Assembly (NCBI RefSeq): GCF_006345805.1
Contig: NC_043000.1
Span: 116,064,001-116,128,000 of the forward strand
DNA: 64,000 bases
DNA from: Octopus sinensis
Taxonomy: Eukaryota
Direction of reading: 5' to 3'
Shown here: piece by piece, positions 24,681 through 36,800 of the stretch
Position numbering within the stretch: position 1 is the first letter of the stretch
How the letters are laid out: each line of letters starts with the position of its first letter
The notes under the pieces: generated by a model
What the model was told of the DNA's origin: nothing
Seen by the model: only the letters and a program-made list of their open reading frames with translations
Databases searched by the model: none
Position numbers and translations under genes: made by a program

Positions 24681-27040
24681 TGGTTGGTAACCAAATTTCT
24701 GAAGACATCATCACGTCCGCTCTTTTGATAATAAATATAAATTTGAAATAGCTGAATTTTAATGGTGGAACTCGAACTAGAAAATGCTATAAATGACAGC
24801 ATTGAACTATAAACCCTTTGGATTAGAATTCGAAGTCTGCCTCCATGAACCAATATTTTCTTATGAAGTAATAAAATTAGTATTGATTATAGAATTGAAA
24901 AGGATTCTTAAATCCAAAATATATGTCTTGGCTGCGCCAAGAATTGAGTAAGTAAAGTTTCCCTTTGTCAAGTGTTGCGCTTAGGTTTTGAAAATTAAAA
25001 GCAATTGGGGTCCTCCCCACCCGCCTCACAACATACTTCACCCACAGAAAATAATAATAGAAAGTAATAGCAGCAGTAGTAGTAGTGTTGGTTGCAGCAG
25101 TTGTAGTAGTGTTAGTAGTAATAGACAAAGATGATGATAGCCAAGGAGAAGGAGAAGAATCCCAATCACATCATCTTTCATCATTATATTTTAATTCTGT
25201 ATCACAATTTCGTTACTACCATTCTTATTCATCAAAGATTGGAAGAACTAAAGCAAAGATCCAAAGAACAGTTTATTAATAAATAAATAAATAAAATAAA
25301 GTCGCTGAGGCACATGAATTCTTTATATCAAAAATGGTGAAAGATTTAACGAGCGCCATATAAATAAAACTTGACAAGTTAATGCGTTCAAACTATTGAA
25401 GTAACAAAAGCGTAGACCTTTTGCTGCTGGCCACATCTATATTATTATGTTATAAAATATCATCTGTTTATTTTTTTAGCAGTGAAATCACTTGATGGAA
25501 TCTCTTTCGTTTTTAAGATACCCATTGTGGTATTTCTTTCTCTCACTTCTAAATATACGTCTTTAGCACAAATATCTAGACGAAGAATTCTATATTGCAT
25601 TAACAATTCGTTTTGAGTGTAAGCACGTGCAGTAATCCGTCGACTATTTCGGGTGTTACGTTCCAAAACCCACTGCGATCGGTGAAAATCCACAAAGTAG
25701 AAACAGTACTGACTCGTAGACGGTTAGCTGGTAGAATAGTCACCACCTCACATAGAATACTTGCAATATATTTCCTGTTCTGAGTTCAATCTTTTGCTTT
25801 TCTGGCCGATAAAATATGTAGCAATGTCTGTGTAATCGGCTTACCTCTTCCCTCAGAACGGCTGATATTGTGCTTTCTATCTATCGCATCACTGGGCCTG
25901 ATGTACATATATATATATATATAACTTGGCATACCAATCACGAGCAGTTCTTTCAGCTATGGCACGTTGCGAGCAGCTTTTGCGGACTTAAAATCTTGAT
26001 TAAAAGCAGGAGGTGGTGTCGAAAATGCTCGTTTTTCTTAACTTGACATTCCATTTTAATGATCTGAAAATAAACAAAAATTAACTAAACTTAACTAGAA
26101 AAAAAAAGATTCCAAAATGATTCAAAAATAGAATTCTCGAAAAAAATAGATTCCAAAATTTAAAACCGCAATAAATTCCAAATTTTAAAAAAAAGAAAAC
26201 CGGCGGGAACTTAGTTGCCAACCCAATAAAATGAATTGTTCGCTTCAAATATTTATCTCAATGCATCAAAGCCAAAGGTTATCAAAATACATGAAAGAAT
26301 ATACATTCATCAAAGTTTTAAACATACTACATCCTTAAGAAATAACTCCGTACGAGTGCCGCAGCAAATGTGCCTTTCCATGGTGTATTTGCATGGAAAT
26401 ACACCAAGTATAATACACGCATAGCTATTTGAATCTTATACGGCTTGTATTGCATATAACGGATTTTTCAACCGGGAGAACACCATTGTATTTTCAATCA
26501 CCGTTTTCCTAAGATTAGCAACGGATTTTGACTTAGAATGCGGTTGCCAATGTGTAATTACTACTGACAATCCACAAATAGGCAGAAATACACATTTATC
26601 TGTCTCATCGCCATTACTGAATTATTTTCGTTCTATACTGATGATATTTGTATTTTTAAACGCAATTAGTGCATAACAGATATTATCGAATAGCTCCGTT
26701 AATTTGCCTTTTCGTGATGTTTTTGCTTCAAGTATGATACAGGGATGGCATGAAATTGTAGTTTACACGTAATGTTTTTTTAAAATCCAACGATATTGTT
26801 GCAGTTGATATGTTGTAACATACATTTGTAGATTTTGTTTTTGCTTAGTTGTTGTGTATATTTGAGGATTAAGTTCGTCTTTTACACCAAAGTTACTTTT
26901 GTGAGTATTTTAGAAAGTCATTAAATATTTTGTTAGTATTTCCTATGTGCCTGTGAAGTTTTTCACTTACTAGTTTTGAAGCTTTGTAGGAATATGGTCA
27001 AACAGTCTGTTTATCGTGTTCTCTTCTTGGGGATCCGGTG

Positions 27041-27501
27041 TGGTTGACAGCTCGTGTTGCTCGACCACATGCCACATGGTTGACAACTCGTGTTGGTCGA
27101 CCACATGGTTGACAGCTCATGTTGGTCGACCACATGCCACATGGTTGGCAGCTCATATTGGTCGACCACATGCCACATGGTTGACAGCTCGTGTTGGTCG
27201 ACCACATGCCACATGGTTGACAGTTCGTGTTGGTTGACCACATACCACATGGTTGACAGCTTGTGTTAATCGATGACATGCCACATGGTTGACAGCTTGT
27301 GTTGGTCGACGACATGCCACATGGTTGACAGCTAGTGTTGGTCGACGACATGCCACATGGTTGACAGCTCGTGTTGGTTTACCACACGCCACATGGTTGT
27401 CAGCTCGTATTGGTCGACCACACGCCACATGGTTGTCAGCTCGTGTTGGTCGACCACATGCCACATGGTTGACAGTTTGTGTTGATTGACCACATGCCAC
27501 A
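27041..27501. repeat. 36-bp minisatellite, 13 units (12 x 36 bp + one 29-bp unit)
   Basis: Consensus TGGTTGACAGCTCGTGTTGGTCGACCACATGCCACA; units are contiguous with no spacers. Confidence 0.95.
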
Positions 27502-28254
27502 TGGTCACGAGTGAGAAGGTATTTCTCAGCAATGGAACTCAATGGATCTCTGGTCAGTAGGTCACACTTGAAGACCCGGAAATATACCGACAGCTAGTGA
27601 ATACAGAAACGCACTGCGACGGCGCAGGCCTCCATGTCTGATCTGAATTGATCTTAGTATTTTCCAACTGTCAATTTATTTTTTGTCTAATTCTTCGATA
27701 ATTCATTCGACACCTGATATAACTTGCGACGAACAATCTTTCGCAACATTTCCTATTTCTAACATTTCCAGGTATTGTGGTGCCTTCGCGCTCCTGTTTT
27801 ATTTTTTCTTCTCAATTTATCCTCTGTTACTTTCTCATCTATTTCTTTTATTCATTAAAAACTAATATATCACCTCGGCATGGAACAGAAGAATCTATTT
27901 CCTACAAGAAATTTTGCAGCTAAACATGACGACGGCCTCTTAACGAATTAACTCGTATCTTTAGCTTTTAAGCGTTTCTTTAAAATTCTGGATTCTTATA
28001 TTTTTTAATTTGAAATTTTTATATTGTTTTATCTCCTGTATTAATCAGGATTCCTTCTTGCAACGACGTCTTTTAATTGTAGAATTCATTAAGAATTCGG
28101 CGTTATTTTTGTTTTCTTTTCCATGTTTTTTTTTTATTAAATATATCTTTTGTTATTTCTGATTTTCTATCGAATATTCTGGAATTAGTAAATCTGTTGG
28201 AAGATATCAGTCTTGTGGAGTAAAATTTTATTATCTTTCTAGAAAATTAGACAA

Positions 28255-29065
28255 AAGTGTATCATCATTATCATCGAAATTATCCTCCTCCTTGTCATCG
28301 TCGTTGTCCTTCTCCTCCTCCTCCTCATCATCATCATCATGATCATTATCGAAATTGTCCTCCTCCTTGTCGTTGTCGTCGTCGTCCTATTCCTCCTCCG
28401 TCTCCTCGTCATCATCATCATCGAAATTATCCTCATCTTTATCGTCATCGTCATTGTTGCCCCCTCCTCCTCATCATTATCGAAATAATTCTTCTTGTCG
28501 TCGTCGTCGTCCTCATCCTCATCGAAATTAACCTCTTCTTTGTCGTCGTCGACATTGTTGCCTTCCTCCTCCTCCTCCACCACCTCATCATCATCATCAT
28601 CATCGAAATCAGCCTCCTCCTTGTTGTCGTCGTCGTCTTCATCGTTGTCCTCCTCATCATCATTTTCATCATCAACATTAGCACCATCTTAATCTTTATT
28701 TTCATCAATCACAATCATTAGACATCACCATCACCCTCATACATATCCTTCACCCCTTCTCCTCCTCCTCCCAACCTCCTCGTCCTCCTCCTTTCCCTTT
28801 CTTCTTTTTCTTCTCCTCCTCATCCTCATTTTCATCAATCATCACCATCATCACCGCCACCATCATCATCACCACCACCACCACCATCTTCGTGATCATC
28901 ACCAATATCTTCGTCGTCATCATTATCGTTATCACCAATGACATCACCACCATTATCATAATCAACATCATTTTCCTCACCGCCACCACCACTATCACCA
29001 CAATCCACACCATCATCATCATCATCACCATCGACACCATCAGTAGCAGCAGCAGTATTTTCATC
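28255..29065. repeat. Mosaic trinucleotide repeat (CAT/CCT/CGT/CAC) with recurring ATCGAAAT anchor
   Basis: Direct inspection. Confidence 0.9.
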
Positions 29066-29513
29066 ACCGAGACACGTTACAAATGGCAGTAAAATTTTCC
29101 TTCGTGGAATTCTTAATCTACCTTTCTTGCAGTTATCATAATGATTATTCAATCCGTCAAACAATATTAAAAGTTGGGAAAAAAAGCGCACAGAAACACA
29201 AAATGCAGAAATATTAAAATACATATTGACATAATGTGATATAAAATTTGTTTTATAGAAAAATGTGAAATAAGAAAAGCAAATAAGAACAAGGTAACGA
29301 CCTGCGACTGAATAAAAATTGATAGTTTAATGCGTTCAACATCGTGGAGTATTGAAAAAAGGTATCATTGTCGCTGCTTATTGATTTCATAGATATTAGT
29401 AATTTCTTAAGAAATTGCTGGTTTATTTAATGCTGAAATCTATATGCCTATATACTGCAGCCATGAATACACTGAGCGTACAAAGATGAAGTAAATATAT
29501 ATGTTTCTATATG

Positions 29514-29514
<1 letters not shown>

Positions 29515-29587
<73 letters not shown>

Positions 29588-30535
29588 TGTGTCTATATGT
29601 GTGTGTGTATGTGTGTGTGTGTCTATATATATGTGTGTGTGTGTATGTGTGTGTGTATGTTTGTGTGTCTATATATATGTGTGTGTGTGTGTATGTGTGT
29701 GTGTCTATATATATGTGTTTGTGTGTGTGTGTCTATATATATGTGTGTGTGTGTGTCTATATATATGTGTGTGTGTGTGTCTATATATATGTGTGTATAT
29801 ATACATATGTGTGAATATGTATATGTGTGTATATGTATGTGTGTGTATATGTATGTGTATATATGTATATATGTATAGATATATATGTGTATATGTATGT
29901 ATGTGTATATATGTATGTGTATATATGCATGTGCATATATATATGTATGTGTATATATATATATGTATGTGTATATATATATGTATGTGTATATATATAT
30001 GTGTGTATATATATATGTGTATATGTATATATATATATGTGTATATGTATATATATATGTATATATAGATACATAAATACATATACATACTCACATATAT
30101 AGAAACATATATACACATATACACACATACATACATATATATATATATGCATATAACTATGTATAGGTATGCAAACGTTGTGTGTGAGTGCGTGAGCTTG
30201 CGCGTTCGAATGTACAGGCATGAAACGTCTGTCTGAAAAAAATCTTTATATAATAATTAATTGGAATTTCAGCATAAGGCGGGTTATTTAATGGGGAGTA
30301 ATAAGTCGAATATATGAATGCAAATGCTGGTACTTATTTATCGATGCCGAAATAATGAAAGTCACCTTCGTGGGATAAGAAAAACGAGTTCTCTATGCTA
30401 CTCCTTTATGTATGAGTGTATGTATACATGTATGTACATATGTATGTATATATATATATATAATATATATATATAAGCATCTATCTATATCTATCTATCT
30501 ATATATATATCTATATGTATATATCTATATATACA

Positions 30536-30589
<54 letters not shown>

Positions 30590-30693
30590 CATCTATCTAT
30601 ATCTATCTATCTATCTATATATATATATATATATATATATATGTAAGCATCTATCTATATCTATATATCTATATGTATATATCTATATATACA

Positions 30694-30745
<52 letters not shown>
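29515..30745. repeat. Compound (AT)/(GT)/(ATCT) microsatellite field
   Basis: Direct inspection; a short unique and SINE-remnant interruption lies at 30160-30410. Confidence 0.9.
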
Positions 30746-30749
<4 letters not shown>

Positions 30750-31170
30750 GTTTAAATTTACAGAAAAGTAACGAGGAAGGCAGGTGAGGGAATAACAAGC
30801 AGGTGTTGTAGTTTAATGCTCGGGAAGGCTGGAAAAATCTCTGATGTTTGGCACCTGCCTTCTTCGAAAAAAAAAGGATTAAGATATTAAGAGAACCGAA
30901 CCAAAAAGTGAGGTGATCTTTTGAGATCACCAACACTTTATTATCCCCTTTTCTTCTAGCCTATTCTTTCAAACACTTTTTTCTAATCGCTATGCTTGTC
31001 CCCTAAATCTACAGGGTTCTTTTTCATTCTCTCTCTGCTTATTTTCTCTTATTCCTTTGTGTTGAAGAGCGTAGGCTCGAAACGTACAAGATTTAAAAAA
31101 AGTTTCCGGGCGTCAAACTATCATACCTGCTTGCTGTTCATACACCTGTCTTTTGTTTGCTATAAATTTC
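30745..31170. mobile_element. Divergently oriented pair of family H2-related elements (30745-30900 minus, 31015-31170 plus)
   Basis: The plus copy has TTGAAGAGCGTAGGCTCGAAACGTA (31062-31086); the minus copy has CGAAGAAGGCAGGTGCCAAACATC and a similar tail. Confidence 0.55.
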
Positions 31171-31175
31171 AACTA

Positions 31176-31236
<61 letters not shown>

Positions 31237-31237
31237 C

Positions 31238-31310
<73 letters not shown>

Positions 31311-32619
31311 CTATCTACCTAGCTATCTATCTACATACATACATACATATATACTGACTGAGAAACAGACTCATATATATATATATATATATATATTGTT
31401 AATGACAAAAGTTTCAAAACATTCTCTTACGTAGAACTGTAGTACAGAATAATCATTCCTTTCCAGGAAATTATCGACTCCTTGCGATATCATTTCAATT
31501 AAACTTTTGTATTCCTTTTTCAGGCAAGTCATATGACCTTAAAGGTTGTAGTTTACAGAGTTATTTAATCATTGTTATAATACCTCCTTTAGGTGATTTA
31601 GTAGATCGTTTCCTATAATATTCCTTGTACTTGTCTGCTTGTTATATAAACCTGCAGAATATTTCAATTAGAGATTAAGAATTTATTCCCTCCAAGTGTT
31701 TTCTAATTGTTTCACTTTCATTTATTTTTGCTCTTCAACATGAATTTCAGATTGTTATTGCATTTACAAATGGCCTCTATTTATCCCTAAAGGACGAGTA
31801 TAATTATTTTGTGCCGTCATTTGCTTGGTGCATTCTAAATACAATCAATATTTTTAGTGTTACCTTTCTTGTAGTGCTGACCCACTTTGCATTTACTTGT
31901 CGATAATATAACTTTAACATCCTGGAGCTAAACTCAATTTTAAAATTGAATTACATATGTCTACTCTTTTTCTACTTCTAATTAAATGAAACCGCCAACG
32001 ATTTCCGTTTTATTATTAATTTTTCCGAAGAGATATCTGTTCTACTTCGTAACGAAGTTTTATTACTATGAAATAATTTGAAACTAATACCTACGCCGAA
32101 AAGAAGATAACTGAAAGAGGTCGGGAACTTTGTTCATAGATAAAACCAAACTATTAGCATCATTAAGAATATCATTCCATGGTAGAACTCCCTGGAGTCA
32201 GTTAATATGTAAGAATTTCCCCCTCCTTACTTTCACTATTCTTGAACTACTATCTGTTTAGAGTCTTCCGGACTGTAATTATTTTCTTTTTAAGAAATGT
32301 CACGCTTCCTAAAATGTGTAATTTAGTTTAATTCATTTGCCCTGGGTTATGCCAGGCTGGAGTTTTCTAATACGAATGAAATGGTACTATACACCTTTAT
32401 TCAAGAGTAGTAACTTTAAGATAGTTGGAATGAGTTAGCAAAAGAATAAAACAAAACAAAAATGCATATAATATGCATCACATTTCTAATTCTTCGATTT
32501 TGAATTTGAAACTTCTAACAGTTAAAATAATGTGGAGAAATGAAAATCTTCCTTATCTCCCTGACATTATCTGACCTCCATGTAAGGCTACATGTTATTA
32601 ACTTTTCGTCATTTAAAAA

Positions 32620-33070
32620 AAAATGTTTCAGCCATTTGACTGCGGCCATGCTGGAGCACCGCCTTTAATCGAGCAAATTGACCCGAGGACTTATTCTTTT
32701 CAAGCCTAGTACTTATTCTATCGGTCTCTTTTGCCGAACCGCTAGATGACGGGGACGTAAATACACCAGCATCGGTTGTAAAGCGATGTTGGGGGACAAT
32801 CACATATACACAAACACACTAACACGCACACACACACACAACACACACACACACACACATAGACACACACATATATTAGTATATATATATATAATTGTAT
32901 ATATACATATATACAACGGGCTTCTTTCAGTTTCCGTCTACCATATCCACTAACAAGGCTTTGGTCAGCCCGATCCCATAGTAGAAAACACTTGCTCAAG
33001 GTGCCACGTAGTGGGACTGAACCCGGAACCATGTGGTGGGTAAGCAAGCTACTTACAACACAGCCACAAA
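32620..33070 (-). mobile_element. SINE family B, full-length with internal (AC)/(AT)
   Basis: Matches other B copies over head and tail. Confidence 0.85.
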
Positions 33071-33803
33071 GATCTTTTTTTATTATGGATTTCATTAATG
33101 ACTGAGATTTTTAGTTTCATTTCCCATATTTTTGTACGTTTGTGTTCTGTAAAATTTCCTAAAGTTTAGAATTATCTCATGCAGTTACTGCACAGTTTCA
33201 GAATTCTGTTTCTGTTCTTTGGCAATATTTTATAATTTATAGGATATGTAAGGAAAAAGAAAGCCCTCATCAGTTGCCACAAGTGCTGAAATAATATATA
33301 GTTTCTTTATCATGGGCGTCGCCATATATTTCATTCTGGTTTATAATTTATCTAATGGATATAATTTTAGTTAAAATTTCTGTTACTCAGTTAATGTAAG
33401 AAACGGAACATTGATCCAAACAAATAATAAGATGAAATGGCATAAAATTGCATGCATGTGGTTTACTGACAATGCTAAAATATTTAACGACCAGCATCGA
33501 GGTAAGCATAATCATGTAACCCGTTCAAACGAAAAACATGCCGAAAGTCAATGGCCTTAATGTAGTTTCGCCATGCGACAATGAACATTTTAGAACGTTT
33601 GATAGGGATGTAAACATATGCACAGTCAGAGACACAGATACACAGGCGTATGTATGTATGTATGTATGTATGTATGTATGTATGTATGTATGTATGTATG
33701 TATGTATGTATGTATGTATGTATGTACGTACGTATGTACGTATTATATATGTATGTATGTATGTATGTATATATATATGTACGTATGTATATATGTATGT
33801 ATA

Positions 33804-36800
33804 TAACTTAGAATAACTTAGAAAGGTTTTTGGCCAGATTGGCCCAGGCCATGTCTAACTTAATAGCACCACCTGGCGAAGTCTTTCAGTTCAGGATTTG
33901 GGCACCAAGGCCCATTCGAGCAGAGAGAGAGTTATTGTTTCGGAGACAAATATCCGGGTGTGGGTGGTTTGTCCGGTACTGTTTGAAGGAATTTGTCCAA
34001 AGACTTCTTGAATTTTGTGTGGTCAGTTTCTTTTTTGACGTGTCCTGGTGTAATGTTGAAGAGAGCGGGTCCAATGAGGTGAAATAGTTGTGCCGTATTG
34101 TCGTTATGTGATGCGATTTAGATTTTGTTGTGGACGGATGGCACGTGGTCCAAGCCTGGATGCATTTGAAGGTGATGCCAACATCATTCGGACAGTGCTG
34201 ATGGAATATTTTCCACATCATACAGATAATGTAGCGTTCACGGCGTCGTTGGAGTGAATACAATTCAGCTTCTCTAGTCTACCCAGTAGTCAAGGTCTGA
34301 CATGCCATCTATCTTTTTTGTGATTGACCTTTGGGGAGCTTCAATTCTCATAATATTTGTTGTGTGTAGGGAGACCACAGTGGACAGCAGTATTCAAGGT
34401 GGGGTCGGGCAAAAGTGGAGAAGAGAAGGATAATAGCGTGGGAATCTCTCGACTGGAAGGTTCTGAGAATCCAGGAACACATTCTGCGGGCCATGTCAAC
34501 TTGCTGCTTATATGTGTAGCCCAGCTTATGTTGTTGTCACTGTTACTCCCAGTCTCTGATGTTGTTGGATGCCATGAGAATTCTCCAGAAGGAAGAGAGT
34601 ATGGGGTTTCAGAGCGTCCTCCCTTCCAAAGTGGATCAGTTCGAATTTATCTTCATTTAGCAACATGTTATTCTTTTCCGCCATTGGACAACATCCAGTA
34701 GGTCTGACTGAAGGTTTATTCGGTCATCCACGCCATTGATGACTTCTGGAGCTTGGAATCATCAGCGAAGGTTCTGATGTTGCGGTTTGATGGTGTCAGT
34801 ATATCATTTATGTAGATGATGAAGAGAAGTGGGCCCAACACAGTGCCTTGTGGGACACCACTGCTGACTTTGGCTGGGCTGGATTTGACTCCTTCGACTA
34901 CAACATGTTGGGTTCTGTTAGAGAGGAAGCACTTGATCCATTGCAGCAGCTTTCCAGTGACACCAATATTGGACAGCTTTTCTCAGAAGGATCTTATGAT
35001 CAACCCTGTCAAAGGCTTGCTGAAATCAAGGTAGATGACATCAGTGTGGGAACCCTCTCCCAAGGCTCTCAAAATGTCATCAAAATGATGCAGTAGCTGC
35101 GTCAGGCAATCTCTCCCATTACGGAATCCATGTGGTTGGGGTCAGCATATTATGACTCTCAAGGAAGTGAGTCATACGCGATATCAGCACCTCTCAAATA
35201 CCTTGATGATATGAGAGGTGAGTGAGATTGGACGGTAATTCACGGCAAGCGATTTGTTTCCTTTTTTTGAAAACTGGGACAACAGACTGGGATAGAGGTC
35301 TTCTGGGTAATATCCAGCATCCAATGAGTTCCGCCACAGATTGGCTAGAGGGGGGGCAAGTTGGTTTTGACACATCTTCAAGACACAAGCAGGGAACCTA
35401 TCGGGACCTACTGCTGAATTATGCTTCATTTCCTTTATTGCTGCTAAGACATCAGAGCGCCAAATGTTATGTCCGATAAAGTGTATTGGGGAGTAACATC
35501 ACTGATACAGCCCAGATCAGTCATATCAGGATTGCTGAAAACAGAGCAATATTGTTTCTGCAATATTTCTCCCATGGTTTTGGCATTGTCTTGAAGAGTA
35601 CCATTTTCATCAATTAGAGGGCCAACAGTTAGAACCAGTGACTCTGTGTTTTTTTGCAAATGAAAAGAACACTTTGGGATTGAGTTTGATCTTCTCAATG
35701 GCCCAGGGCCTCTTCAGCTCTTCGCTGACTATTGATGATAGACATCATGTTGTTGGAGTTTATGTTTTTTAATCTCTAGCGACGAGATGGCAGTCAGGTT
35801 GGTGTTGTGTTGCTGTTGACAGTATTTCAGCATGTTGATCTTTTTGTGATTCTTTTAATTTTCCTTATGAGAGATTTTCTATTTCTAGGGATTCGACACT
35901 TAGATTTGTTTGCAGATCTTAATGGGGTGTGTCTTGCACATATGTTCGTGATGGTGTCTACAATGACTGCCAGGACTTTTTGATGTTAGTGGGTGTGTAT
36001 GTGTGCGTGAAGGACCAATCGACTTGTGCAAGATCATTATTGATCGCTTCCCAGTTTGTATTGTGGAAATCCATAGTGTCAAAATGGATGAGCAGGAGGG
36101 ATGACATTTGTTTGCATTTTGGCCAGTGAAATCTCAGATCACAGAGAACCATGTCATGGTCGGAGAGTAGGGTTTTCTCCACTGCAATATTGTGGATAGT
36201 ATCAGTGTGATTGCTGAAAAATTAAGTCTAAGACGTTTGTGACATCTCGTTGGTTCGAGTACCAGTTGGGACAAGAAGAAGTCATCCATGAAGTCAAGAG
36301 CGATTCCACTGCCTCCCTGTCAGGGGTTGAGAGAGAAGAACTGGAGGCAGACTGTTTGTAGACCAGTCAACCCCGGGAAGGTTGAATCTCCCATCATTAA
36401 AATGTTGTCATGTTGACACTGCTGAATGAACACTTTATGCTGTTGAGGCATTTCCTTGAAGCATGGTAGGGGGCGTTGTTTGGGGGTGGTCTGTAGAGCC
36501 CAACTACTGTTAAGTTGTTGGTTTGACTGAATACAGCGACTGCTTCGCAGTATCCATTCGAAAATATGTTCATGGCTTTGTTGAGAATGAATCATGGACA
36601 TAAATGGCAGTCCCACCCTTTCTTCTGCCAACACGATCAGCACGAATGGTTTTGAAATTTTTAACTTTCACCTCGGCTTCCGAGTGGAGGTCACTAAGAT
36701 GGGTTTCAGTGAGGACGAAGAAAGGGATGTGGTTTGGATGGGCCTCGACCCAGTCCTCCAGGAATCTTATCTTCCATTTTTGTGTATTGGTGGAAGGGCT

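Noticed and set aside
26330-26720. Possible Helitron/PIF1 helicase remnant on the minus strand (ERK*F; HGKA-x-VA-like)
   Set aside because: Requires several assumed frameshifts; not supportable by eye.
27041-27501. CRISPR array (36-bp repeat length)
   Set aside because: Units are contiguous with no unique spacers, there are no cas genes, and the context is eukaryotic.
28239-28583. Acidic (aspein-like) protein CDS
   Set aside because: The D/E-rich frame is broken by frameshifts; the sequence is explained by trinucleotide repeats.
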